A DNA stretch of 64,000 bases from an uncultured virus (IMG/VR IMGVR_UViG_3300009418_000017). Lineage: Duplodnaviria; Heunggongvirae; Uroviricota; Caudoviricetes. The stretch lies in IMG/VR virus record IMGVR_UViG_3300009418_000017. One strand, 5' to 3'. A program made the position numbers and the translations under genes. Below are positions 9,399 through 19,065 of the stretch, piece after piece; the stretch's first letter is position 1; each line of letters starts with the position of its first letter. The notes under the pieces were generated by a model that worked only from the letters and a program-made list of their open reading frames with translations, was not told the origin of the DNA and did no database searches.

Positions 9399-10679
9399 CT
9401 AAAGATTTGTCCCGAGAAGCTTAACTTTCTTAATTGGGAACTTGTATTCAATAGGATAACCAACAGCATCAGTTGCGTGCTCCACTCCGCCTCGCTTGTC
9501 GACTTCGGGGGCACCCTCTTTAAATATCGTCTGTTCAAATGACTTGATCGTTTTCTTGCAAGAACGATCAATGAACAAACGAGCTTCGCCTTTTGCGTCA
9601 GAGAACATTCGGTTAACAGAGTTAATCCGGTCTGCGACAAGTGGCGCTTTCTTCTTGAAAATAATCTTCTTAAACCCGGCGTCGCGGAATATGTCAAAGC
9701 TTGTTTCACCACGAGCGTGCTGACGGTTATTGCCTGACGGGTCCGGGAAGATGCTGATTTTACTCTTGTGTCTCCAATACCGGCGCTCGAGTTCATTCGA
9801 AACATCGACTACTGAAGAGCGGTCGCGAATGATTTCATCGACAATCCAGACTTCGCCATTCTTCTGAGGCTGCATAACCACCGTTGACATTGGGTCAACG
9901 TTAAAGTCCTGGCCGACCCAAATTGGAAGGTCAGGGTTGAACTTGTAGTCCCCAACGTGCTTCTTGCGATCAAACGAGTGATAGACACGGCCTGATACAG
10001 ACTCGAACGATGCTTCAAATTCCTGTCTGAACGTTTTGTCGTCCATATCCTGCTTCGCCTGTTCAATCTCAGACGGCGGTATGAACGGACTCGATATTGT
10101 TGGAAACTGCCAACTTTGCCATTCAGGGTTATCTGACTGGCCATTAGTGTAAAGTTCATAAAGCAAGTTGTAAGATTTTGGTGTGCCTATCATCATGGCA
10201 TCACCACCGGAGTCTACCAGTGTCGGACGAATTGCTTCGTACCAAACTTCCGGGGACATATCCTGGATCTCATCGAGTACGGCGTATTGAAGTGATACAC
10301 CACGCAAAGAGTCAGGATTGTCTGCTGATTTACACTGTATGATTGATCCGTTTTTCAGGATCAATCTCATTTCAGCTTCGTTTTTCTTTTTAACCCACTG
10401 TTTAGGGACTGACTTAACCAAGCTCATCCACATGATTTGCTTGGCCATTTGGAAAGATGGAGCTATGTACCACACCATCTTGCCTTTATTTTTGGCCGCA
10501 AACTCTATCATTTGCGACTTGGCTAACTCAGTTTTACCCCAACGGCGACCTGCAACAACAACCTTAAAACGGGCTCGCGTATTGCGAACCTCCATCTGTT
10601 TAGGATGTAGCTTGGTTACCTGTCTGTTTCTCTGCCGGCTCGACCTGGTAACTCGGCCAGCTCTTGCTAGCTGGCTCAT
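9399..10679 (-). CDS. terL: Terminase large subunit
   Basis: Walker A AGRRWGKT, Walker B VLDE, GTPK coupling motif, nuclease GQDFN...HATDA. Confidence 0.96.
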   Translation of the reverse strand: MSQLARAGRVTRSSRQRNRQVTKLHPKQMEVRNTRARFKVVVAGRRWGKTELAKSQMIEFAAKNKGKMVWYIAPSFQMAKQIMWMSLVKSVPKQWVKKKNEAEMRLILKNGSIIQCKSADNPDSLRGVSLQYAVLDEIQDMSPEVWYEAIRPTLVDSGGDAMMIGTPKSYNLLYELYTNGQSDNPEWQSWQFPTISSPFIPPSEIEQAKQDMDDKTFRQEFEASFESVSGRVYHSFDRKKHVGDYKFNPDLPIWVGQDFNVDPMSTVVMQPQKNGEVWIVDEIIRDRSSVVDVSNELERRYWRHKSKISIFPDPSGNNRQHARGETSFDIFRDAGFKKIIFKKKAPLVADRINSVNRMFSDAKGEARLFIDRSCKKTIKSFEQTIFKEGAPEVDKRGGVEHATDAVGYPIEYKFPIKKVKLLGTNL

Positions 10680-11287
10680 CAGTCACCATCCTCGTCAATG
10701 TCTTCAACGTCAGCATCAACTACTTCGCCACGGCTTTCCCGGTATTGAAGCTCCTGCTGTCTTCTTATCTGGCCAATGTCATCTTCAGACATTTCACCAA
10801 CCAACAGATCCGGTAGATCGTCGTCTTCCGTCTGGTCTTCACCAAAGAACTTGCTTGCAACATCCTGTATCGTTCTGAAAGACAGCGCCAAGCCTTGTAG
10901 AGCTTTTACGTCATCGCCAAGCAAAGCCAGAGAAGTAGCCTTCTCACCCTGATTCTTTTTAAGAATTCTTAGGTGAGAATTGACAAGCATTTGCAGCGCT
11001 GCGTGCTGCTGCATATCCCACTTCTCCAGGCGATCCTTTTTGATGCGCTCTTCTTCAGAAAGCTCTTCTTGCTCTTCCTGTTCTAGACGGCTCATTAGGC
11101 TTTCTTCGATGCGCTTTTTTAAAACGCCCTTCTCCCAACCATTCCGGCGAATGATCGAGTAAACTGTGTCACGTTTCAGATTCAGCGTTTCCGCAATATC
11201 ATCGACGGTATGCTCACCTTCCTCCCACATGGATTTGATAGCATACTTGTCACCGGTCATGACTTTTGTGCGTGTTTTACTTGGCAT
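10679..11287 (-). CDS. terS: Terminase small subunit
   Basis: N-terminal HTH (TVDDIAETLNLKRDTVYSII), coupled to terL. Confidence 0.75.
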   Translation of the reverse strand: MPSKTRTKVMTGDKYAIKSMWEEGEHTVDDIAETLNLKRDTVYSIIRRNGWEKGVLKKRIEESLMSRLEQEEQEELSEEERIKKDRLEKWDMQQHAALQMLVNSHLRILKKNQGEKATSLALLGDDVKALQGLALSFRTIQDVASKFFGEDQTEDDDLPDLLVGEMSEDDIGQIRRQQELQYRESRGEVVDADVEDIDEDGD

Positions 11288-11384
11288 TCAAAAACCCTAA
11301 AAATCGTTATCCCTAGAAACAAGTGCCTACTCTAAAGCTCTTGATATCCGGGGCTTAGAGAGATATCCGGACTTGAGTTTTCAA

Positions 11385-11489
11385 TTTTTAGGGTCAAAAC
11401 GTGTCTCTCTATATATATATTTATACTTTTTACTAATTATTTATTTATATATTTATAAACAAACGAAAAACCCGGATTGACCCTAAAAA
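11385..11489. repeat. 13-bp inverted repeat flanking an AT-rich core
   Basis: TTTTTAGGGTCAA (11385-11397) and TTGACCCTAAAAA (11477-11489) around a ~50-nt nearly pure A/T tract. Confidence 0.8.
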
Positions 11490-11501
11490 CTCTGCCTAAA
11501 A

Positions 11502-11765
11502 TTAACTCAAGTACAAACTACCTTTGTCAGTGATAACCCATAAACACCGGCTAGCACCTCTACGTTTCTGATACCCGGATTTCTTAATCAAACCTTTTTC
11601 CTTTAAACTCCGGAGTGAAAACTGGATAGCCGGTTTAGTCACTTCGTAAGGAACTTTCTTAATGATCTGGTCCAGGTCCATGTGGCGTCCGGGGTGCTCT
11701 TTTTCGTAACTACCACCGGCTACCAATGTTTTTAGAATCATTCGCTGTTTTTTCGTTAAATTCAT
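11502..11765 (-). CDS. Small winged-helix DNA-binding protein
   Basis: LTKKQRMILKTL...AIQFSLRSLKEKGLIKK wHTH pattern. Confidence 0.75.
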   Translation of the reverse strand: MNLTKKQRMILKTLVAGGSYEKEHPGRHMDLDQIIKKVPYEVTKPAIQFSLRSLKEKGLIKKSGYQKRRGASRCLWVITDKGSLYLS

Positions 11766-11850
11766 AAAACGCTCTCAAATCGTTTCTAAGCGGTTAAAAT
11801 GTCTTACCCTTTACAATGTGATATCTCAGCATTGAAATACTTATATGAGC

Positions 11851-12732
11851 TCAGTCAGCTTCGAGATCGTGCATCGACAGGGGGTCATTCAGCCCTTGTT
11901 TGTCAAATTCTCGAAGCTTTAGCTGTTTTGGCAGCTCTCGACCGTAGTCTGGATTTGTGTAAACACCATAAAGCAGTTGTGTGTGAATCAACTGATTGCA
12001 GTTTTTCAAAAGCTGCTTGTCGGTGTACTTGTCAGCCAGAGAATCTATCTTCTTGCCTAAATTCACACCCGTTTTGTCTTTGGTTGTGAACTTCCAATAG
12101 AACTCTTCAAAGTCCTGCCTAAGCATTTTCTTGATAGGCCCCGGCTTTGACTGCCACTCTTCATAGACCGCAACCCAGTCGTAAATGTTGCAATCAAAAC
12201 GCTGAGACAAAAATTCAATGCCGGCTTCATAGGCAAAAGAACGACTCGGAGGTGCATAAACGAATCCCGATTTTTTGGCAAACGGGTTAAATCGCATCAT
12301 TGCCGATGTAATCTCGATGTATTTACGCCCGGTCATGCGGCACGCTAAGTTCACCATGCGGTATGAGACGCCGGCTCCTCGAAAAATCGGGCTTGTCACT
12401 ATGCGTGACGCACGTAAGAAGTTTTCATTGAGGAATTTAGCTCTCACTTGATTTGACGTTTTGGTCTCGGTACCCGTTGGCTTCAGTCTCGGAAACATTA
12501 CATGACGCTCTTTCAAGAGCATCTGAGGGGTCGAGAAAACGATCACTCCGATCAATTCATCGCGCAACATACAACGATACATTGAGTGACGCGGCGGCAT
12601 CGACTCGGCTTTGTAATGCAAGTGGTGCAACTTGTCCCAGTCTTCCAATGTAGCCGGCTCGACAACCATTTCATCTAAAAGTGAAAGTGCCGGGGAATCC
12701 GGCACGTTATTTTCAATGACTTCTGGATTCAT
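11851..12732 (-). CDS. GNAT-fold acyltransferase (ABC-ATPase-associated)
   Basis: LHHLHY; RASRIVTSPIFRGAGVS acyl-CoA-binding motif A. Confidence 0.75.
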   Translation of the reverse strand: MNPEVIENNVPDSPALSLLDEMVVEPATLEDWDKLHHLHYKAESMPPRHSMYRCMLRDELIGVIVFSTPQMLLKERHVMFPRLKPTGTETKTSNQVRAKFLNENFLRASRIVTSPIFRGAGVSYRMVNLACRMTGRKYIEITSAMMRFNPFAKKSGFVYAPPSRSFAYEAGIEFLSQRFDCNIYDWVAVYEEWQSKPGPIKKMLRQDFEEFYWKFTTKDKTGVNLGKKIDSLADKYTDKQLLKNCNQLIHTQLLYGVYTNPDYGRELPKQLKLREFDKQGLNDPLSMHDLEAD

Positions 12733-13403
12733 CAGTAGACCTCCAGCTCGGCCGGGTCGGTTACCAACATTTTCTTCTCATGGGCGTACTTCTTAATAAT
12801 CGTCTTATTAGCGCCCAGGTCACGCTGCAGGTCGCGATGAGTGGTTGCGGCCACTACTGCAATTTTGTGCTTCAATGAGACATTCCAGATGTGCCTGGCA
12901 AGCACTTTTGCAGTCTCTCTGTCCAAAATTGCACCAAATTCGTCGCAAATAATGACATCGACGTTCTTCTCAAGCAGCTTTGCAATTCGCAAACGGTATT
13001 TCTGACCGTCCGACAGCTGATTAGGCTTTCGGATGAATAGGTGTGCATCGTTCAAACCCGCCATGTTCAAAAGTTCGATAGCGTGATTGGTCGTCTCACC
13101 TAACTGGTCGACAAGCGGCTTATCTTCAATATCGACTTCGTCCAGATCACCAACTTTGAGACCGGCGTCGATGTAGTCTTGCTTCATCTGACGCAAAAGC
13201 TGAGTTTTTCCAGAGCCGGATTGCCCGGTTACATAGATACGCTCGCCTTTTTCAGTCTCAAAGTTAAAGTCTTCGTAGACAGTAAACGTGCTGTCCGCCA
13301 TATCCATGCCGAACGCTTCACAGGCTTCAATAACCCGATCAGTCCGTTCGACCGAGATCGGGAATTTAATGTTAATGCTATGCTGAATGGGAAAATTAGA
13401 CAT
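12732..13403 (-). CDS. Soluble ABC-family ATPase (probable start MSNFP at 13403)
   Basis: GQSGSGKT, LSDGQKYR, VIICDE, ATTH; no membrane partner. Confidence 0.88.
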   Translation of the reverse strand: MSNFPIQHSINIKFPISVERTDRVIEACEAFGMDMADSTFTVYEDFNFETEKGERIYVTGQSGSGKTQLLRQMKQDYIDAGLKVGDLDEVDIEDKPLVDQLGETTNHAIELLNMAGLNDAHLFIRKPNQLSDGQKYRLRIAKLLEKNVDVIICDEFGAILDRETAKVLARHIWNVSLKHKIAVVAATTHRDLQRDLGANKTIIKKYAHEKKMLVTDPAELEVY

Positions 13404-14097
13404 TGGCACTCTCCAACAACGCAACAAAGGCCTCTGAACGTTGCTCGTCAGTGGCTTTAACCGGGTCATGGCCAAGCTCGTCTAGCTTAATGGCCATAAA
13501 CTCACGTAATTTTCGTGCGTGTTTTTGAGTGACCGTCTTAAAGCCGACCGTTTTAGTCAGTGCAACCGTCTGATCGCCCTCGTCTTCAACTTCATCATCT
13601 TCGATCCCGGGATCTACCTCAGTCTCGTCTTCAATGTCATCCAGAGGCACTTCCATTTCACCTAAATCTTCAGTGAAAAGCTCCAAGTCACGAACTGAAA
13701 AGCCGGTCATTGCCGCCAAATCTTCTTCGCTAATGTCCTCATCAAGCTCTTTCATGATGACGTTCATTTCGAGCTTTTCCATTTCCGCATCGTACTCGGT
13801 CGATGTGGTTCGGTTCGCTGCCAGGCGTAAGCGACGCATTTGCGCTTTACTCAGGTCATCACGAACGTAGACAGGTATCTTTTTCCAGCCTAGCTTGTTT
13901 CTGCAGGTCATCCATCGACCGTGACCGCTGATTATAGTGCCGTCAGGCTCGATATGAGGGTATTGCTCAAGCCCCTGGTCTTGAATTGACGCGGCGAGGC
14001 GCTCAAGGTGTTCATCCGGGTGCTTTTTGGGATTGTTTTCGTATGGCTTGAGATCATCAATATCAACAAGCTTCGGCTCTAAGATTACTTTATCCAT
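13396..14097 (-). CDS. ParB/Srx N-terminal domain protein
   Basis: LKPYENNPKKH...IISGHGRW...RLAANRT. Confidence 0.88.
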   Translation of the reverse strand: MDKVILEPKLVDIDDLKPYENNPKKHPDEHLERLAASIQDQGLEQYPHIEPDGTIISGHGRWMTCRNKLGWKKIPVYVRDDLSKAQMRRLRLAANRTTSTEYDAEMEKLEMNVIMKELDEDISEEDLAAMTGFSVRDLELFTEDLGEMEVPLDDIEDETEVDPGIEDDEVEDEGDQTVALTKTVGFKTVTQKHARKLREFMAIKLDELGHDPVKATDEQRSEAFVALLESANV

Positions 14098-14746
14098 CGT
14101 GGTTCTCCAGGTACTCTCTCATGCACTCAGCCAAAGCTTCACCCCGGTTAATGGCATTATCGGAGTCGTCAAGCTCTAGCATATCGACGATTTTGTTCAG
14201 GTCGCGCTCAAAGTCTTCGTGAAAATCAATGCTCACTCGAACACGAACAGGCTTGTATAGCTTCAGATCGGTGGTTGTGTCTTTGCGATCAACTTCTGGC
14301 GGTGTCTCGTCGATGTCGTCCAGGTCATCAAGCGAAACGTCTGTAGCCCCCATAATCTCTTTCAGCTCGTCTTCATCGATTGGTAGAGTTTCTACCGCAA
14401 CATCTTCAAGTTCACGAAGCAGTTCGTTCAGGGCGTACTGGTCGTCATAACCATAGCGTGAGTTATCAGCAATAGTGATTTGCTTAGCACGCTCGTCTGA
14501 GATATTTCCCAAGTTAATGTACGGCGCTTCTTTACCGCGCTGGATGTAGTACTCACGACGATGGGCGCCGCCGAGAATTTCATGCGTACCGTCTTCTAAC
14601 TCCCGGACTAGCAACGGTTTGAACTCGCCTTCGTCCATTGAAGCGAACAGCTTTTGTTCGTTCTCTGCACTCATCTGGTTCGGGTTCCAGTCGTTCGGAA
14701 TGAGCTCTGACGGGTCCCCGTATTGGATAATTAGTTTGTCACTCAT
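14090..14746 (-). CDS. ParB/Srx N-terminal domain protein
   Basis: LIPNDWNPN...EILGGAHR...IADNSRYG. Confidence 0.85.
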   Translation of the reverse strand: MSDKLIIQYGDPSELIPNDWNPNQMSAENEQKLFASMDEGEFKPLLVRELEDGTHEILGGAHRREYYIQRGKEAPYINLGNISDERAKQITIADNSRYGYDDQYALNELLRELEDVAVETLPIDEDELKEIMGATDVSLDDLDDIDETPPEVDRKDTTTDLKLYKPVRVRVSIDFHEDFERDLNKIVDMLELDDSDNAINRGEALAECMREYLENHDG

Positions 14747-14825
14747 TTGACCGCCTCAAAGTATAAGTATAAGATTCATGTATCTCAATTATGACATACA
14801 TTTTCCAAATATATAAGGAATCGAT

Positions 14826-16511
14826 ATGAGTGAAAGAGTCGTAATAGGCTCGGGAGCCGTCAAAGCCCAGGTCTTCGAGGGCTCGCGTGACGTTGAGCGC
14901 ATCATAAATAAAGCGCTCAGCTACCACGTCTACGGCAGTGAGCACATGAACGAAAAAGGGGCTGCAACGGGATGGGACGGCATGAGCAGCTTTTACTCGT
15001 TCAGGAAGAAACAGTTTCCGGCCGGTTTTGCACGCTCGGTTGTGACGTCTTTGCGCAAGAAGGGTTACAACGTTATATGGAAGCAACGCCAAGCACCGGA
15101 GCCACTGGGCCCACTAAAACCGAAAGTAGATGACTTTCCGGAAGATCCACGTTACAGCTATCAACCTGAAACGGTCAATCGCCTGGTGAAGTACCAAAAA
15201 ATCATTGCGAAAGCAGCAACCGGCGCTGGCAAGTCACGTATAGCACGTTTAGCGCATAAGCGCATCGGCAGAAAGACATTATTTCTAACGACTCGCGGCA
15301 TTTTGATGCACCAGATGAAAGAAGGCTATGAAGAGTCCATCGGTGAAAAAGCGGGAATTGTTGGTGACGGCGAATGGGACGAAGTCAACGGCTTTAACGT
15401 TGGCATGGTGCAAACACTCGCTCAAGCACTGGAGCCGGCTGACCTCAAGAAAGAAACTGAGCGCTACTTCTCCAATAAAGAAGCCGAGCTCGACCGCGAT
15501 GTTGAGCGAATCAAACGAGCTCGCAAGCGTCAGGGTTTTGCGCTTGGCAAAATCATGGACGAGATTGCTGACTATCGTGATAAATTCAATGAATCGCAAC
15601 CAAGCTCTGAAGAAATAGAGAAAATAGTGCGTAAGCGCTATGAGCGCCAAAAAGAGCGTAATGAAAAAGCGCTCAAGTTCTTAGAGACCGTCGACCTTCT
15701 CATCTTAGAGGAGGCGCACGAAACCGGGTCTGATAGCTATTACAAGGTTTGCAATGCGTGTAAAAACGCCATGTACCGCTTGGCACTAACCGGTACCGCC
15801 TTTCAGAAGTCTCAGGCAGAGGATAATATGCGCCTCATGGCCGTCAGCGGCCCAATTGGCATTATCATCAGCGAAAAACTGCTTATTGACCGGGGCATTT
15901 TGGCCACACCGAAGTTTATGTTCCGTGATGTTACGGCGCCGACCAAGCTTTACCGCTCGACGGGTTACCAACGAGCTTACAAATTCGGCATTGTCGAGAA
16001 CCAGTTGCGCAATGAAGATGCGGTTATGCACGCCACACACCTCTCATCGTTCGGTCTGACCTCGATGATGCTTGTTGGCCAGAAGAATCACGGTAAGATC
16101 TTAAAGTCGATGCTTGAAGACGCCGGATTAAGGGCTGAGTTTATCCTGGGCGAAAACAGCCAGAAACAACGCCAGGCTGCGCTCAATAAACTTGGCCAGG
16201 GCAAAATCGATGTATTGATTGGCACGACTATTCTGGATGTCGGTGTTGATGTTCCCAGTGTCGGCGCCGTCTTTCTTCTCGGTGGCGGTAAAGACGAGGT
16301 CAGTCACAGACAGCGTATTGGTCGTGGACTGCGAGCCAAGAAGTCAGGGCCCAACATTTGCTTTGTGTTTGACTATCTCGACCGCAAGAACAAACACCTC
16401 AAAGAGCACGCGGCCACACGCCTTAAAATCATTAAGGATACGCCAGGCTTCAGAGAGAACATTGTCGAAAACCTTGAGCCTGAAAAGTTTGGCTTTGAGA
16501 GGGCTGCGTAA
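14826..16511 (+). CDS. SF2 DEAH-type helicase with coiled-coil insertion
   Basis: ATGAGKS, LEEAH, LTGT, GVDVP, QRIGRGLR. Confidence 0.92.
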   Translation: MSERVVIGSGAVKAQVFEGSRDVERIINKALSYHVYGSEHMNEKGAATGWDGMSSFYSFRKKQFPAGFARSVVTSLRKKGYNVIWKQRQAPEPLGPLKPKVDDFPEDPRYSYQPETVNRLVKYQKIIAKAATGAGKSRIARLAHKRIGRKTLFLTTRGILMHQMKEGYEESIGEKAGIVGDGEWDEVNGFNVGMVQTLAQALEPADLKKETERYFSNKEAELDRDVERIKRARKRQGFALGKIMDEIADYRDKFNESQPSSEEIEKIVRKRYERQKERNEKALKFLETVDLLILEEAHETGSDSYYKVCNACKNAMYRLALTGTAFQKSQAEDNMRLMAVSGPIGIIISEKLLIDRGILATPKFMFRDVTAPTKLYRSTGYQRAYKFGIVENQLRNEDAVMHATHLSSFGLTSMMLVGQKNHGKILKSMLEDAGLRAEFILGENSQKQRQAALNKLGQGKIDVLIGTTILDVGVDVPSVGAVFLLGGGKDEVSHRQRIGRGLRAKKSGPNICFVFDYLDRKNKHLKEHAATRLKIIKDTPGFRENIVENLEPEKFGFERAA

Positions 16512-17056
16512 TGGCTCTCAGATTTGGCAAAACAAAGAAAATCGACCTGAGCAAGCTGACAGCGAGAGAAATCACCTCTCGCTTTCACACCATTATCGGC
16601 CAAAAACACTACGAGTCGTGCTATCCAAACGTTGTTCTCGACGAATGGGGTGAGCTCGATATCCTGGCTTTTCGAAAGTCAGGTTTTGCTGATGAGTTTG
16701 AGGTGAAAATAAGCCGCTCCGACTTCAAGCAGGACTTCAAAAAGACCTGCCATTTCGAAAGGCGTGGAGACGACACGCGCAGAAAGCACAGAAACCCGGT
16801 TCGCGACAAACACGGCTGTCTTGAGGCCGGAGACTGTCTGCCCAACTATTTCTGGTTTGTGACTCCCAAGGGGCTCTTAAAACCCGAAGAGATTCCGGAA
16901 TACGCCGGTCTTATCGAAGTCAGTGAGCTCGGCATCCCACACTTCATAAAGTCGGCGCCGAGACTGCACAGGCACAAGCTCGACCCGGAGAGACGGTACT
17001 ACATTGCTCGAAAACTAAGCTTTCGGTACTGGGATATGATAAAAAAGAGTTTTTAG
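16511..17056 (+). CDS. PD-(D/E)XK nuclease, MmcB-like
   Basis: ELDILA...EFEVKISRSDFKQD...YFWFVTP...PEYAGLI. Confidence 0.75.
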   Translation: MALRFGKTKKIDLSKLTAREITSRFHTIIGQKHYESCYPNVVLDEWGELDILAFRKSGFADEFEVKISRSDFKQDFKKTCHFERRGDDTRRKHRNPVRDKHGCLEAGDCLPNYFWFVTPKGLLKPEEIPEYAGLIEVSELGIPHFIKSAPRLHRHKLDPERRYYIARKLSFRYWDMIKKSF

Positions 17057-17094
17057 GGGTTTACACGGTATCTAAATGCTGAGATACTATTTCC

Positions 17095-17248
17095 AGTTCA
17101 ACAACATGACGACCTGTTGAGCCATTTGAATTCTCCACAATTCAGACGTATTACCAAGTCCTTTTGGTTAATTTTAAATCAGAGCCTTGCTTTGTGCACC
17201 GCGCACACTAGCTGAATGAAGCCCCTTTCGCCATGAGGGGCTTTTTTT
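17095..17248 (+). ncRNA. Putative structured small RNA (operator-controlled) with split antisense to the shared leader
   Basis: Promoter TTTACA(17060)-N17-GATACT overlapped by an operator; four hairpins; CCTTGCTT and GCTGAATG; terminator 17219-17248. Confidence 0.55.
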
Positions 17249-17319
17249 ATTGCTGTCTATTGACCCCCTATCTATTTCATTTAGCATTGTCCGTGAATTC
17301 ACAGAAACGGACTAACTGT

Positions 17320-17634
17320 ATGAAAAAACTACTATTTATTGGAACATTAACCCTGACACTGGCCGCTTGTGCAACTGGTCCACGACCAATGATGGCCAAT
17401 GGTGAACGCTGCAAAGAAGACTACTACTCTCCGACCGGCGTACTCATGACCTGCGAACGTCAAAAGCGACAGGCCTCGATTGAAGCCAGTGAGAAGCTCA
17501 ACCGTGAGCTCATTGAGTTTGCGAGACAACAAGTGCGAGAGACTAACGAACGAACAGGGTCCAGCTCTCGCGAGTGTGATGAGATTATTATTTCAAGTAG
17601 CGGTGAAGAGCTCTGCGTTATAAAGCAACGCTAG
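17320..17634 (+). CDS. Small lipoprotein (possible superinfection exclusion)
   Basis: Likely start MKKLLFIGTLTLTLAAC at 17320 with lipobox LAAC. Confidence 0.7.
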   Translation: MKKLLFIGTLTLTLAACATGPRPMMANGERCKEDYYSPTGVLMTCERQKRQASIEASEKLNRELIEFARQQVRETNERTGSSSRECDEIIISSSGEELCVIKQR

Positions 17635-18076
17635 TGAGTATGTAGGGGCTTTGCATAGTGGTGTGAACGTTTTTGCTTATTGAGAAGGCAACGGCCGATG
17701 TGTAAAGCTCCACAAAATCCTGCTCAGACGTTGCGGCATCCTGAATAAACCCGACTATCATCTGCGCGACATCAAAGCTATCCCCTGGGAAGTTCAAGCA
17801 CTCCCCTATTTTCTTGAACGTCAGCTCCGCATGAGGCCCCTCAAACTGATGAAACTCAGAATGAAAGCCGGTGGTCTTGACGTGCAGCTGATAGGACAGC
17901 TCATCTTTCTCGATACCGCTAGCTTTGTTCATTTCTTTTATGAGCGGCAGCATGACTAATGCAGCCCGGTCATTACCGCTGAACGGATAGTCCTTGCTCT
18001 TGCTAACATAGCTGTTCATAGCTGCTACGCCAATTGCCGATGGGTGTGTCATGTTGACGGCGACTTCTGGTGTCAT
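17618..18076 (-). CDS. Hypothetical protein
   Basis: 152-aa ORF with AGGAG RBS. Confidence 0.65.
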   Translation of the reverse strand: MTPEVAVNMTHPSAIGVAAMNSYVSKSKDYPFSGNDRAALVMLPLIKEMNKASGIEKDELSYQLHVKTTGFHSEFHQFEGPHAELTFKKIGECLNFPGDSFDVAQMIVGFIQDAATSEQDFVELYTSAVAFSISKNVHTTMQSPYILTSVAL

Positions 18077-18508
18077 TTCACAATTACTCCTTCTGTCCTG
18101 TTGAGGCGAACTATATAAGAACGAGTTTTCAAATAAAACCCCTTGTTTTTTCTTTTAGAGCTTCAAAACCACGAATTTGCGCATTTTGTTGATAGATAAC
18201 TGTCAATTTTCGGAATCTAAACCATTGATGGTAAAGGTGTTTTTAATTATTTCTGGAAAAGCGGCAATTTCTTGCCGAATGGGTATTTTTTAATCTGTTC
18301 GGGCTGTAACAAAATGTGACAGTGCGAATTTTTGTTATCCGTACACGCCTAACGTTTTAACAATTATGCTCTATAAGTATTACTCCTATCATATCTACGT
18401 CTGTCTATAGGGATGAGTTGCAGCGAATTATCACACGGTTATTACCTAACATTTGTATATTGTGCATTTCTTTGTTTTTTAAGCGTCTTTTGGTGATTTC
18501 GGGTTAAA

Positions 18509-18548
18509 ACTCACTTAAGTGAGTGTTTCGTTGTAGTCACTTAAGTGA
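18509..18548. promoter_or_regulatory. Tandem palindromes TCACTTAAGTGA
   Basis: ACTCACTTAAGTGAGT 18509-18524 and TCACTTAAGTGA 18537-18548. Confidence 0.6.
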
Positions 18549-18805
18549 TTAGCCTGTTCTATAAGGGTTTTGGCGATTGTCTAACAAGTGCATTCATTAA
18601 CTTTTCTTTTTTCTGACTTCGGCAATGGGTCAAGTAACGCTTCTCTGCAGCCCTTGTCAGTTCGTTCTGAGAGTCGGGTGGTCTGGTTCAAATTTATTGG
18701 TTAAGCGCCTTAAACTGGTGCAACCAGTTCTTTTCAAAACTTTACACTTTTGTGACTGCGGCCAATGCCACGAATTGACAGCCGGCTTTGAGCTTTTTGC
18801 TATAC

Positions 18806-18962
18806 GGGTATAAGAGTCGATAACCTGGTGAGGCGGAAATTTGCCTAATTCCGTCGACCGGGTGATTTGGCTTGCTGTTTTGATTTGGCTGCTCGGGGAA
18901 TTTTAGGCGTTTGGGTATAAGGGTGAGTTTTCTGGTAGGCGGAAATTTGGGTATAAGGGTGA
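18806..18962 (+). repeat. GGGTATAAG direct repeats
   Basis: TTTGGGTATAAGGGTGA at 18910 and 18946; GGGTATAAG at 18806; related copies at 24740 and 24838. Confidence 0.75.
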
Positions 18963-19065
18963 ATTTTTGATTGGCAGAAAATTTTGATTCCATCGGGGTC
19001 ACGGCAGCTGAAAATCTCTAGGACTTTCAGTACCCGATTAAACTCTAATCATTCAATCGTTTTAA

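Noticed and set aside
9341..9805. 154-aa ORF overlapping terL, and the many + strand ORFs antisense to real genes
   Set aside because: Shadow or alternate-frame ORFs with no motifs or RBS
12732..13403. ABC transporter
   Set aside because: No permease or binding-protein gene nearby
13396..14746. Plasmid partition parAB locus
   Set aside because: No ParA; the adjacent ATPase is ABC-type and the context is packaging
17233..17319. N-terminal extension of the lipoprotein
   Set aside because: Starts inside a terminator; the signal peptide begins at 17320
18350..18470. dif/Xer site
   Set aside because: Partial TTAACA / ATGTTA resemblance only; arm spacing does not fit 11-6-11
18742..19002. 86-aa ORF with internal repeats
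   Set aside because: Translation of the GGGTATAAG DNA repeats; no supporting signals
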